In this document: piece after piece, positions 46,426 through 64,000 of the stretch
Layout: every line of letters begins with the position of its first letter
How positions within the stretch are numbered: position 1 is the first letter of the stretch
NCBI RefSeq assembly: GCF_009914755.1
Contig: NC_060935.1
Length of the DNA stretch: 64,000 nt
From: the human T2T-CHM13v2.0 reference genome, Homo sapiens
Strand: one strand, 5' to 3'
Made by a program: the position numbers and the translations under genes
Notes under the pieces: generated by a model
The model's database searches: none
Seen by the model: the letters and a program-made list of their open reading frames with translations, nothing else
Told to the model about the DNA's origin: nothing

Positions 46426-48691
46426 TAAAATAACTGGGCCAATCCTCTTGTCACCTCCTGACTACTGGAGACTTCTCAAACTGACAATGGCAGCTGGCCA
46501 GCAACGAGAGCCTCTGCCTCCTAGCTGTCCCTCCCAAGGTTCTAAAATTAACTTAATGATCATAAGGGGTGTGGCAGTCAGGACCACAAATAGAATCATT
46601 ATAGCTTCTTCTATGAGAAGATGAATACTCTCATTCATTAATGGAAATAAATAATACTTCTTCTGTGAAGTCCTCCTGGATCCCCTACAAGAAATGTCCC
46701 CTATCTACTCTGTCTGTACTTTCTTTCCCTTTATTATTTGAATACATAAATAATGTATTCTTCTAGCTCCTGAAAAACATCCTCTCTTGTAAAGATCTAC
46801 CCTCTCTCTCTAGTTCCTTACCTTATTCTTCTCTCTTTCACAGTATCTAACAGTGTTTAACACAGTGGGCACTTAATGTTGACTATGAACAAAACTGCAT
46901 TTAATGCTCTACCAACTAACCTGCAACTTTTGAAACACCGTAACTTTCACTTACAAATTAAAGTCTGCACACACTGGTCACTATTAAGATTTTTTTCTTA
47001 GGAGAGTGGGAACAGGTTGCTAAAAATCCCAACAACTGAGATTCAGCAAAGTTGACGTCTCTGGGAATTATCCAGAAGGAAGATCCTTAGGTTTGCAAAA
47101 ATAAAAGACAGAAAAAAGATCCTTAGATTTGCAAAAAACCTTCACCAGGTCCTTTTCCATGATCAGCCTTCCTCTTCTCTACAGTGCAGAGGAGAAATGC
47201 GAATGATTCTGTTCTGCCTGATGGATTCTGGCACTGGAATGACTGGATAACAAACTCTAGAAGAATCATGGCTAGAAGAATCATGGAGTTTTTTGTTTGT
47301 GTTTTCAATGGAGCATGCAACAGGCTAAGCAATGAATTTAAACCAGTTGAGTTTAAATTCGCCTATAAGCAGATAAAATGTACAGACTTCTCATTTTGAA
47401 CCACTAATGTTTAGTAACCTTTCTAGCATGTTACTTTGCCAGGGAGGTGAAGGCACAAACCTAATAGTGTGAGCTTGTTATTTTATCTACCAAACAGGAA
47501 ACTGTTACAAAGAAAACAATATCAAAGGGAACCAGCTTCAGCAATGTCTGCAGGCTTAGACTGCTAATAGTTATAAGGATTTTATATGAGAAATGAGTGT
47601 ATGAGAATGAATGATATATTACAGCCAGACAACTAGAGAGAGCCACATCTGCAGAAGCACCTGCTTCCACTATGTTACATCCAAACAGCTGGCTTCAACA
47701 GCTAGACCCAATAACCAAATGCAAGATTTCTGTAAGATTCAACAACAACCAAATACTACTGGCTTGCTCTCATCTCCTATTATGCACCAAACAAAATCCT
47801 CTAGTCTCAGAAACCTGTCGAGAGGTCTTCTATAATCATTCCAAGTATTGTTACTCCCAACTCTAAGGTGTACATTCAAGCAAAATCTTGCTATTCCCTG
47901 CCTACAAGACACCTTTTACCCCCCAATTATGGGCAGATTCCTTTAATTACTGAGCCTGCGGTATCCTAATTCTTTCTTTAACGTACCAAACCTAACAGGA
48001 TCTGATCCACTCTCCCTTTTCAATATACATATTATTATAAATTGACGGTTTCATTGAAAGCATATCGCTGTCTTCTCTTCCCTACCAGTGGCTCTTTACT
48101 AGTATTTCACATTAATCTTCACTATTGCTATGCATCTTGTAAGTTAAAATTCTGTCTAATTTGCTGCCCATTCAGCTATAACATAACTTATTTTCTGAAC
48201 ATTTAAATTATCCGTGTGGGAAAGCCTCAAATTATTACCATGTACTAAATCTGGAAGTCATTTTGAAAATTCAGTGCCTTCCAATCAATACTTCTGGGAC
48301 TGAGTAACTGTGATGGGAGAATACCTCCTCTTCATTCTCTTAGCTGCTTGCCTTTGGGGACATTTTGCTGCACATTTTAAGAGGACTGGAAAGAAAAATA
48401 CAGTTAAAACAAACTAGTCTATTTTAGGTTCTGTTGATAGTTTAGTGATGTACTAGGGGAATGCTGGGGTGTGTGGTAGGAAATGGAGGTGGGGAACAGA
48501 TAGACATGGAACAGAATCACTAAGAGCTTTGCTGTTTTCAGTTATCTACATGTATAGACAACTGGAAAAAATTGAAAGATCATCCAAGTTGGAGGAAAAA
48601 AATTCTCATAACACAAATTCAAGCAATGAGTAAAAAAGAATGAGGAAGAATTCTCACTGGCTTAAGTCAGAAATGCCAAAGAAAAAGGTAA

Positions 48692-48995
<304 letters not shown>

Positions 48996-49699
48996 AAGAA
49001 AAGCTTTAGAGCTTAAGTTTGATCTGAACTTGAACCTAGAAAACCATTTCTATTTAATAGGCTTTTTCATCTTATTTTGGCTCTGGAGCTACTCTAATTC
49101 ACAATATCTTTCATTATTTACTAAAGCTTCCTATTCTTAATGTCTCTTTTATAAGTCTCTAAGTAAGTTCCTCCATTTCCTTCACTCTTTATGTAACATG
49201 TATTTATGGAACTCTTCCAATGGGAATAGCAATGTGTTAGATCTTCTAACAAACCAAAGGCATAAAACATAGTTCTAGGGAAAGGCTCAAAGGAAGCAGA
49301 ACTTGGTTGAATGGCCAGGATCTGGAGAGGCAATGAAGGAAGGTGGAAAGGGTGCTCTGAATGGCAGTCAGGAGGGAGCACGAGCAAGGGCAGAACACTT
49401 AGAATTAACTCGCTAAGTTCAAGTGACAAGCAAGACACTGCCCTGGGTACAATAAAGGGTTTGTAGGGGCATATGGCAAGAAATAAAGAGTGCACAGCAG
49501 CATCATGCCAGATAAAATACAGCTTCAAATGACAGAATGAAGACCTTGGACTTCATCCTGTGAACCATTACTATTTTTTCTTTCCTTTTTTTTTCCTCCA
49601 CATTTAAAAATTTTATTAGACTTCAGATACAAAAAAACTTGATTATGAATTTATTATAACCTTTGGCTCATGACACACTCTCCATGCTCCACTCATTTA

Positions 49700-51125
<1,426 letters not shown>

Positions 51126-52474
51126 AAGGTACCAGTAAAACACAGTTCTTTCTGAAGAGGTTTGAGAGCCACACTTACAGGCAATAAGGAGTTGCTAGGA
51201 CTTCTGAGCAGGCAGGTGAAGTGGTAAAATAAACTAGAAAGCAAGATTAGGTTAGGTGTGAGGTGAATATTGAAGGCTGTGATCAGATGAGATATTGAAA
51301 ATGAAAAAAACAATTCAAAAGATGTTCTGAAAGGAGCGGACAGTACTTGATAACAAACAGAATATATGGGATGAAAAAGAAGGAGAAGTAGAGAATATGG
51401 CCCTGAGCAGATGACAGACTTAAGGAAAGCAGAAGTTGGTTTGGGAAGAAAAAAAATTACTTTTTCTTTATGTCCTGAGTTTGAGAAGGTGATCAGAAAT
51501 TTAAGTGAAGATATTCTGAGAAACTGAATTATAGTAGTAAAAGGATAAAATATTTTTGAAAGAAAAAGTAGAGAAAAGGGAAGGATGAGAATTAAGGCTT
51601 CGAAAACACCCAGAGGTACTTCCTATTCCCTAGGTGCGAGAACAGAAAGAGGATGCAGCAAAAAGGAGAGAGAAAGCGCGGCTAAAGGAAGAAAGTCAGG
51701 AAAATGTAACAAGGAAGCCGAGAGAGCAGAAAAGCAGAAAAAGGTGGCTTACAGCATCCATGTAATCTCATCCAAGTGTTATGTAACTTTGATCTGAGGG
51801 AAAACAAATGATGACATAATTATTCTCGATGAGAAATGGTATCATTTTCCCCTCAGAATTTTTGTTTATTTGTTGTAAAGACAGGCTACATCACAGAAAT
51901 GGACTACAAATATAATCCAGATCCATTCAGAGTTATCTACAATGTCAAGCTGTGAATAAAATTAGGCATTTCTTACCAAGATTGATGACAACCAACAGAT
52001 ACTAATCCTAAGTTATATACAAATATATTCAGAGTACTTAGAAACGAACGTCGTGGCCATGCAGGTGAGTGGCAAGAGCCCTGGAGGGAGCCATGTATCC
52101 CAGAAAGACTTGGAACTGGACTGTCCTTGACTCATCTCTCCAGTGCAACAGTTTTCCTATTTGTGCTGCACTTTGCAGTATTAAACAGTTGTTTTTCAAA
52201 GGACCTTCTGTTGAGTGCTGCGCTACAGCACCTTGTATTTATTACCTCATTGAGATGAGCATTATTTTTGTTTTATGCCTGAGACGTGAGGTTCAAAAGT
52301 AACATTCCCAAGTATAAAGGTTAAAGAAAAATTAGTATGAATCAGATGCAGCCTATAACGCCAGTTCTCAGTGCCCTCAAAATCCAGCCCCACATTGTGC
52401 TTTCAGCATCATGTATGTGTTTATATTTAAGTTCACGTACATCCCATAATTATTTTTATTGAAATTTAAAAATT

Positions 52475-52770
52475 TGCCAGGCACAGTGGCTCACACCTGT
52501 AATCCCAGAACTTTGGGAGGCCAAGGCTGGCGGATCACTTGAGGTCAGGAGTTTAAGACCAGCCTGGCCAACATGGCAAAACCCCGTCTCTACTAAAAAT
52601 AAAAAATTAGCCAGGTGTGGTGGCAGGTGCCTGAAATCCCAGCTACTCGGGAGGCTGAGGCAGGAGAATTGCTTGAACCCAGGAGGCGGAGGGTTGCACC
52701 AGAGTCGAAATTGCACCCTGCACTCTAGCCTGGGTGACAAGAGCAAAACACTGTCTCAAAAAAACAAAAA
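52475..52770 (+). mobile_element. AluSx/Sz-like
   Basis: Full dimer. Confidence 0.9.
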
Positions 52771-52914
52771 ACTTGCAAATTCCTTAGTTATTACAGTTTA
52801 CTGTTTTTCATTTTATTATTGACTGCCACCCTTTGCTCTGCTTATGTTAATTCCCAAAGACACATAATGCTTCAGGAATACTGCGTCAAGTTTCTTTTAA
52901 AAACATGCATAGAA

Positions 52915-54670
<1,756 letters not shown>

Positions 54671-56092
54671 AAAGACAAAAGAGACAAGAATAGCTCCTTT
54701 TCCTCCTCCACTGCTATTTCTCGCCACTTGGAACCACTGCTCTGGGATCTAAGCTCCACAATCATTAGGGCTTTTGAGGGCAGAGGTTTTTCTCACCACT
54801 GATTTCCTAGGGCCTAGCACAGTGCTGACAGGAAGAGAAAGCACTCAATAAATATCTTAAAACAACTCACTGACTAACTAAGAACAGAGAGGGTGGGAGA
54901 AAGGGAAGAAAAGAGCGATACAGTTTGAAATAGGAAATGAATGTATCAGAACTCAGAGTGTAGGAACTGGGAACTACTTGGTAAGACAGAGATCTCAACT
55001 AAAGTTTTTGTTGAAAATAGCAATTTTCATATATGAAGAAAAACTGTAATCTAGGAAGAATATATACAATGATGAAGTTTCCAGTTATCATTAAATATAA
55101 TTTTAAAGGAAGAGTAAATATTTTAGTGATAGGTATAATCATTAATGCTAAAATGGCAATTAGGTGTGAGTGATATGCTTATTAGTCACATGATTGAAAA
55201 TATTAGTATTACTCCCACACTAATAACTATTTCTCAGTAACCCATATTAGTAAGAGACAAAGCTAGTATACACTACATATAATTTAAAAATTCATTTTTG
55301 TCTATAATATCACTTGCTTCCTTAGTTCTAACAAGAGCTGTTAACGAAGAACACTAAAAAAAATTAGGTTTTCCTTCTTTTCCTTCAATATGTAAACTAT
55401 CAAATGAAAAAACATAGCCAGAAAAGAAGAAAAAAAAACCTAGATAATATTTTTAAAAACCTGTATAACTGAAAGTTGACATAGTTTTAGTAATCTTTCA
55501 GATAATCTTAACTCTCCCCATTTTTTTTTAAGAATCTATTTTTTTTCTGATTATAATCTTTAAGTTATTCAAATCCCAAAGGTAAGCAGCCAGTAAACAC
55601 ACAGAGCCTCATCATCTCCCCAAAACCACAGGCACTTTGTATTTGGTAACAATCTTCTTTCACCATTCCAGAGCTCATATCGCTCTAAGGAACACCGGAG
55701 TGCTGTACTGCTCCAGCTCAAGTCAGCCTGGGAAAGAGAAAGGGACAAGGCCTGGGATCATTACCACTAGCTGGATTCCAGAAGACATAAAGTAAACTAG
55801 ACTACCATAAGCTGAAGTTTAGTTCACATGGCTCAAGATGAAGAGTGCTAGCAGGCCAAATGCTGGTGAAATATAAAGGAAAAAAAATCCAGAAGAATGA
55901 CAACTTCAATGTAAGTGAAAAACAAGAACAACAACAACAAAAAAAACACAGAAACTTAAGGCAAAGAAAGGATTCCCTGTACGTTCAAAAGGTTAAGTAA
56001 ACACACTTTGAAGTTTTAGAATGCAGTAATAAATGCCAAAGAAAAAGTGAGGATTGTGCTAATACCAAGAATTGGTGAGATCATAAAACAAT

Positions 56093-56635
<543 letters not shown>

Positions 56636-58909
56636 CTATATGGAGCAACATGGGAAATATAAAATTGTAAATACACTGATTATAAGTATGAAAAACATGC
56701 ATAGTAAAAAGACAAAAGAAAATGCATTCAAAATGTTAACAATGGTTTCAGAGGTGGGATTGCAGCTTGAATATTTAAAACGGTTTTGTTGCTGTTTAAA
56801 TTTTCTATAGTATGCTTACATTATTCTATAACTAAAATTTTTATTTTAAGTATAAAGACTTTAAGACATCATCTTGAACAATAAGAACAAAAACACTGAG
56901 CAGTTAGTTTTATGTAATTCTCAGGTACTGATGCCGATAAAATACTTGATATCCCTTACTGCTTATTTACTGGCAATGGGAAAGATGTATGACCTACAGA
57001 GTCAACATTAAAATGATGAATATTCTAAAGAGTTACGGAAGAACAGGGAGAAACAGAAGAAGCTGGTTAAGATGGATACGCACACCTACACAACAGAAGC
57101 CATATGAGTGGAGCGAAGTTGGTCTCTTCATGTGGCCATGGTCATTTATTTCTCCACTCGCAAGTGGCTCTCAATATAATTTGTTAAGTTGCTTTCCAAC
57201 CCCCAACACCCTAGTTGGTTAGCATTTGTCCGCAGGCTGAAATGGCAACTTAAATCCCTTTCTCTTAATACAGAGCAGGAGACTTTAATTTGAACCATAT
57301 GACTGTCTTCTAGGAAGGCTTAAATACCAGAGCTTACTATCAATTTTGAGACTTGGAATTCTTTGTTGGAGGTGAGATCAGGAGCCTGGGGATATATAAG
57401 GTAGTGATAACTGATATCCCTAAAAATAAGTATATCATCAACTGGATATGTCTATGTGGTAAGGGAAAAGAGCAAAACGGGCGGCATTAATTTATAAATC
57501 AGGGCAACTGCAACAGGCAATTTTCTTATTTGGTCTACCACTTTAGAGCAATGAACTTGACTTCTTTTTTGGCTAACCAAAGAACAATCCAAAGCAGATG
57601 TAAACAGATTAGGCACAACTTTCCAGCCAGTACTAGTGTTCTCAGTGTCTCTAAGGCAATACAGTACAGCTTTGAGCGACGGACAACCCTGCTTTCCAAG
57701 GGTAACTTGTGCTTCACTTCCTTGCTGTATAAGTAAACAGCTTGGAAGCAGGGAGCAGAGGGGAAAAAGTGAAGTGGGAAGATATTTACTTACCCTAAAT
57801 GAACAACCTCACCAAAAATCACTGTGACAAGATCCTTCATGTTTTCAAAGCTAAAAGCTTCTGAGGATTCACAATCCCAATACTGCATTTGCAATTAGAG
57901 ACCCAAAGATGAAGACAGAAATAATTAGGTCCTTGATTAATTTCCAATTATTAGAAATTTCTAATAATTAGAAATGTTGCTGCTAGAAATGATGCAAAGA
58001 ACCAAAGATCAAGACTGGTGTAAGAACAGTATATAAATAGGATTTAGAATGTTCTCCTGACTATTAAAATGGAACATGACGCTAATAAGGAATTAAATCT
58101 GCTTTTCCTATATAATGTCACTGGCCAAACCATATGACCTAAGGGCTTTATTTGAAATTGAACAAAACAAAAGTCAAGTGTGTGGATCTCAGAATTGTGG
58201 TAGTGACAAAGGATGAGTTTCAAAGTTCTCAGAAGTCACAATATTAGTTCACTCTTAAAAACAGATATTGGGAAGTCCTCAGGATTTAGTAATCACTTCA
58301 ACCCCTGGCTGAACTTCCTCACTAGGAGCTAATAGAGAAGTAATGCCAAAAACTCCTGACTCACAGCCTTAGCATATATACACAAGAGAAAATTCCTTCA
58401 AGGAAAAAAAAAAAATCAAGTAATCATCTTATTTGGGGGGAGATTTGGATCAGCATTATATTGGCATTTCCAATGAGTGACTTATGTATTTTTATCCCAA
58501 AACACCTTAGCAGGTACAATAGCTGAACTCAGCTATTTTAAATGAAGTAATAAACCAGTCTTCTCCACTCTATTTATTTTAGATAGCAACATCCAACCCT
58601 TCTCATATAAATCCCCAAACACCTCCTCAATATAGGATCTTTGCATCAAACTCAGTACTGACTAGATGTATAAAGGAAAGGATTATAATGAGACACTTTC
58701 TACAACACATGCAAACAGTACTCATCGGAATTCTTAAAAACATTAATGAGTATATCATAGTCATGATTGTAAAGAATATCAACAAGAACAATAAAAGCCT
58801 AATCATTTAATCAGGTAAGTTTCTAATAATGATAGGTGAGCATGGTATACAAAATTTTAGTGTGCCTTTTATAGAACATGATGAATCAGTGTCCCCTTAA
58901 ATTCTCTTG

Positions 58910-59049
58910 AATCACTTGAACCCAGGAGGCAGAGGTTGCAGTGGGCAGAGATCGGGCCACTGCACTCCAGCCTGGGTGACACAGTGAGACTGTGTCTCAA
59001 AAAAACAAACAAATAAACAAAAAACCACAAACAAAAAAACAAAACAAAA
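58910..59049 (+). mobile_element. 5'-truncated Alu (3' half of the right arm)
   Basis: gaatcacttgaacccaggaggc...tgtctc followed by an A-rich tail. Confidence 0.85.
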
Positions 59050-59273
59050 ACCTTTTTCCAAATTAAAAACTAAGACATATGGTCTGATAAGCAGAAGCCT
59101 ACTTTTAGAGAAAAGAAGATAGGATTGTCACTTAAGAAGCTCTAAGGTGTTACCTAGAAATTAAGAGTAGGTAACAAAATACTATCTTAGATTAAAGCTA
59201 ATAGGAAACAAACAAACAAAAAAAAACTTCAAATGAGAGCAGACATCTGAAAAGTAACCCAACTGAAAGGTGA

Positions 59274-59627
<354 letters not shown>

Positions 59628-60228
59628 TGATGGACCACAAATGTATTCTCAGTACAAGGTGAACAAGACAGACATGGTCCCTGCCCTCATGTAGCAGATT
59701 AGTCCAGTGGGGGAGATACACATGAAACAAGCACACATGTAACTATATAATTATAACCACTGGATGAGTTTTAAGGAAAAGTTCCAGAGGGGCAATTGGT
59801 ATATTCTAGAGAAATGGGGCTTTCCTGAAGAAGGTTCTATCAACAGTTCAGAGACTCACTCAATCTGATCAAGAAAACCATGGTATACTTGGATTAGAAT
59901 GTAAAGAAATCAGTACAGTTACCTTTTTATTTTCCAGCTTTTCTGACTCACAAACTCCTTTCAAAGGAATGTATTATCTTAAAAACCTCCCGGGAAAGAA
60001 ATTTTAAAAATAATTTTGTCATTTTTCTATGATTTATGATACAGAAGAGACTTTAGCTAAAAGACATTTTATTTTACATTAGTACATTAAAAATTAATTT
60101 AAAAGTTCACTATGAATTTTAAGACAAATTCATATTATCCCATCATACAAGTGACCCACACTATTTATTTCAATTATTCAAGAAAAAGTATTTATTTAAA
60201 ATTGATATATCATGTTTAGTAGGAAGCC

Positions 60229-60233
<5 letters not shown>

Positions 60234-60270
<37 letters not shown>
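60234..60270. repeat. (TG)n microsatellite (about 18 units) next to a minus-strand Alu monomer (about 60290-60419)
   Basis: Read directly from the sequence. Confidence 0.95.
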
Positions 60271-60278
<8 letters not shown>

Positions 60279-61559
60279 TTTTTCTTTTTGATGGGGCGGG
60301 GGGGCAGGCGGTGGGATAGAGATGGGGTCTTATTATGTTGCCCAGGCTGGTATGCAGGGATCCTCCCGCCTTGGCCTCCCAAAGTGCTGGGATTACAAGC
60401 ATGAACCACGGCACCTGGCTTTGGAAGCCACAAATATACTGAGATTATAATACACAAAACAGATGAATACTTTTCATGACCTAGGATTTGGAACACTTAC
60501 ATGTTTGAACCTAAAAACCAGACTTGATTAAATGAATTATTTTCATGCCTTGCTTTTAAATAATGAAATGGATTAACAAATATTGGGTCATTACTTATTA
60601 GCACTTCTTTGCAAATAATATACTATGAATGTAGATAGTCTTTATTCCCAATAAATCAAACTGGATATAATATAGATAGATAGATATAGATACGGATATG
60701 TGTGTAAAAAATGTATATACATGTGGTATATACATATTTTGTGTGTATGTATGTAATGTAACATTTTTAAACTTTGTTTCTTGAGGCCCTAGAAACAATT
60801 TGATGTGCTGTGTAAGAACCATGGCCAAACAAAGACAAATCATGAATTTGGTGAAGGTTGTCTTGAGGCATTACAGAATTATCATTTTTATCCTCATCAA
60901 TTTGAATTTCAACATTAGTGTTCTTTATGCTTTATATAATCCAGTGATCCATAATAGATGTAAACTTAATAAAATACAATGAAAAACTGTACCCTGGTCA
61001 AAGCTATTATGATAACCAACTACTTGAACAATAAATGGAATGACCAAGTCATAAGCATGCTCATTAGCGCCCTGCCAGCAGGTAGACTCGATTTATACTC
61101 AGAGGCTCTCAAACTATTCCATTTAAGAAGGGCGGAAAGACCTAAGTAATTATTTCATTTATTAACTTCTAAAAAATAGAAAAGTCATTATCACTTTGTA
61201 TGACATGAATCTCTTGGAACACTGAAAATCTCTGAGGATTCAGAAGTCACTGGCTGGGAAAAGATCCTGTATACTACTTGAGATGGTAAATTAAGGATGG
61301 TCTGTGTATAACCTCCGCAAAGACGAGCCAAAGACCACTCAAATCAGGATATTTTAAAAAGACTAGATGAAATACCCATGCCTACCACTAGCAAACTGTA
61401 CTTTTTGATGCTAAGAAAACTGATACAAATATTATACTCACTCTCTTATGATTTTAAGAGAACTGATAAGGTATATTTCAGAACTCATAAATGACAACCA
61501 GATTCTGATATAATGGGGACCTTTACTAATATTCTGCCACCTTGCAAAGGCTTGCCTAA

Positions 61560-61905
<346 letters not shown>

Positions 61906-61931
61906 AAAAAAAAAAAAAAATTTTTTTTTTA

Positions 61932-62227
61932 GGTCAGGCACAGTGTCTCATGCCTATAATCCTAGCACTTTGGGAGGCTGAGGCAGGAAGATCACTTGAG
62001 CTCAGGAGTTCAAGACCAAACTAGGCGACAGAGCGAGACCTCATCTCTACAAAAAGTAAAAAATTTTATTGTTTTTTTTAAGAGACAGGGTCTCGCTCTG
62101 TCGCCTAGGCTAGAGAGCAATGGTGTAATCATAGCTTACTGCAGCTTCAACCTCTGCGGCTCAAGCGACCCTCCCATCTCAGCCTCTTGAGTAGCTGGGA
62201 CTACAGGTGCGTGCGACCACACCTGGC
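61932..62227. mobile_element. Alu left arm on + (61932-62062) abutting an Alu right arm on - (62064-62227)
   Basis: Orientation flips at the A-rich linker. Confidence 0.8.
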
Positions 62228-62536
62228 TTCCAACACGCTTCACACAACACAATAAAGACTCCCTCAGAATCAGAGTGAAGGAGCACTCTGGGTGATTCGT
62301 TAGTCCCTTCCCAACATCAACTTGCATTTGAGGAGCTTACGATCCTCATGAGGACACATGACCTTGGGCAGACTTATATAAACGTTCTTAGAGTTCCTAT
62401 AAGAACTGTAAGTTTCTATAACTTTTCTATAGTTCTTATAGTTTCTATAGCCACTAATAAAAGTAAAACACTACTCTAAATGGATAGAATATCAATGTTC
62501 TTCTAAAACTTCTTAAACTAGAAACTACAGGTAAGA

Positions 62537-63107
<571 letters not shown>

Positions 63108-63174
63108 TTATTTTTCTTTGTTCTAGATATTATACAGATTAAGATGAAACTTTGGCTTTTAATCATCACTGCTC

Positions 63175-63325
63175 ATGTTTTATTTATATTTTGTTTTATT
63201 TTAATGGGCAAATTACAATAGTTGTATATATTTACAGGGTACATCGTACATGTTATGATACATGTATACACTGAGGAATGATTAAATCCAGTGAATTAAC
63301 ATATCCAGCACTTCACATACTTATT
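63175..63325 (-). mobile_element. Short L1MA-like 3' fragment
   Basis: ttgtatatatttacagggtaca...gattaaatc...aattaacatatcca...cttcacatactta motif. Confidence 0.65.
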
Positions 63326-64000
63326 GATCCACACTTTATTCAATGCTGTGCCCAACACAGTCTCAGAGACAAAGAGCAGTCTGAAATTTCCAGATGCTTT
63401 GGTAGGTCAGAAGCGCATGCCATCCACCCTCTTACACTCCGCTCAACTCCCTTTCCCTGTAGAGGGAGGAGGCAAGCTTTTGGGCTCAGGCTTCTCCTAC
63501 ACTTTTTTTTCCACCCCCACCCCCACAAGACCTCAAAGCAAAAGCTTCCATTTCTTTTCTGCCCTTTGCTTCTCTCCCTTTTTCTATTCCCAACCTCTCA
63601 TTCCCCCTTTTTCTAATTATCCCCAAAATAAGTGACGTGCAATTAATAGATAATGGCATGAAAATCCTTGAGGCTGAGGAAAAGTAATAGAGAAGTCACT
63701 CTGCACAAACTAGAAGTGTGAGTAAGAGGAATCTATGGTTGAGCATCAAATTCTTGATTCTCAGCTTCTCAGGCTGGCCTCTGTTTACACAGCCTCAGGT
63801 GTTACACTTCAGTGTTCCAAGATATACGAGAAACCGTAGGCTAAATAGGGTGCACCTTCCTGGAACATCAACGTTTTTTCTGTGTTAAACTAAGTTAATA
63901 ATCTTAATATTAAAAAATATAGATATGACATTAAGTAGAATACAAATTTGTAAAGTTCTAGTCTCAGGAATAGGATTCAAGAGAGATAATATTTCAAATT

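Overview
Human (primate) genomic DNA lying inside the SIK3 (salt-inducible kinase 3, AMPK-related) gene, which is transcribed on the minus strand. I reconstructed 17 coding exons by hand from splice sites and reading frame. They run from the DFG/activation-loop exon (42303-42427) to the large Gln-rich exon (2914-3803) and correspond to exons 5-21 by my numbering. All phases join in frame. The 5' exons lie beyond 64000 and the last exons lie before position 1. The remainder is intron filled with Alu, L1, L2, MIR, MER5 and one THE1D solo LTR. There are no bacterial-type systems, CRISPR arrays, tRNA or rRNA genes. The most notable observations are: (1) exons 11-13 and 14-16 encode an internally duplicated pair of PKA/14-3-3 modules, and the 144-nt cassette exon 15 supplies a fourth, apparently uncharacterised K-R-H-T site; (2) a GC-AG intron; (3) an in-frame internal acceptor that removes 60 aa; (4) the 52-aa 'Sleepy'-equivalent exon; (5) a young sense-oriented L1PA2; (6) a gene-converted AluS/AluY mosaic; (7) an Alu-tail (AAAGG)11 repeat. 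Repeat boundaries and subfamilies were called by eye and are approximate.
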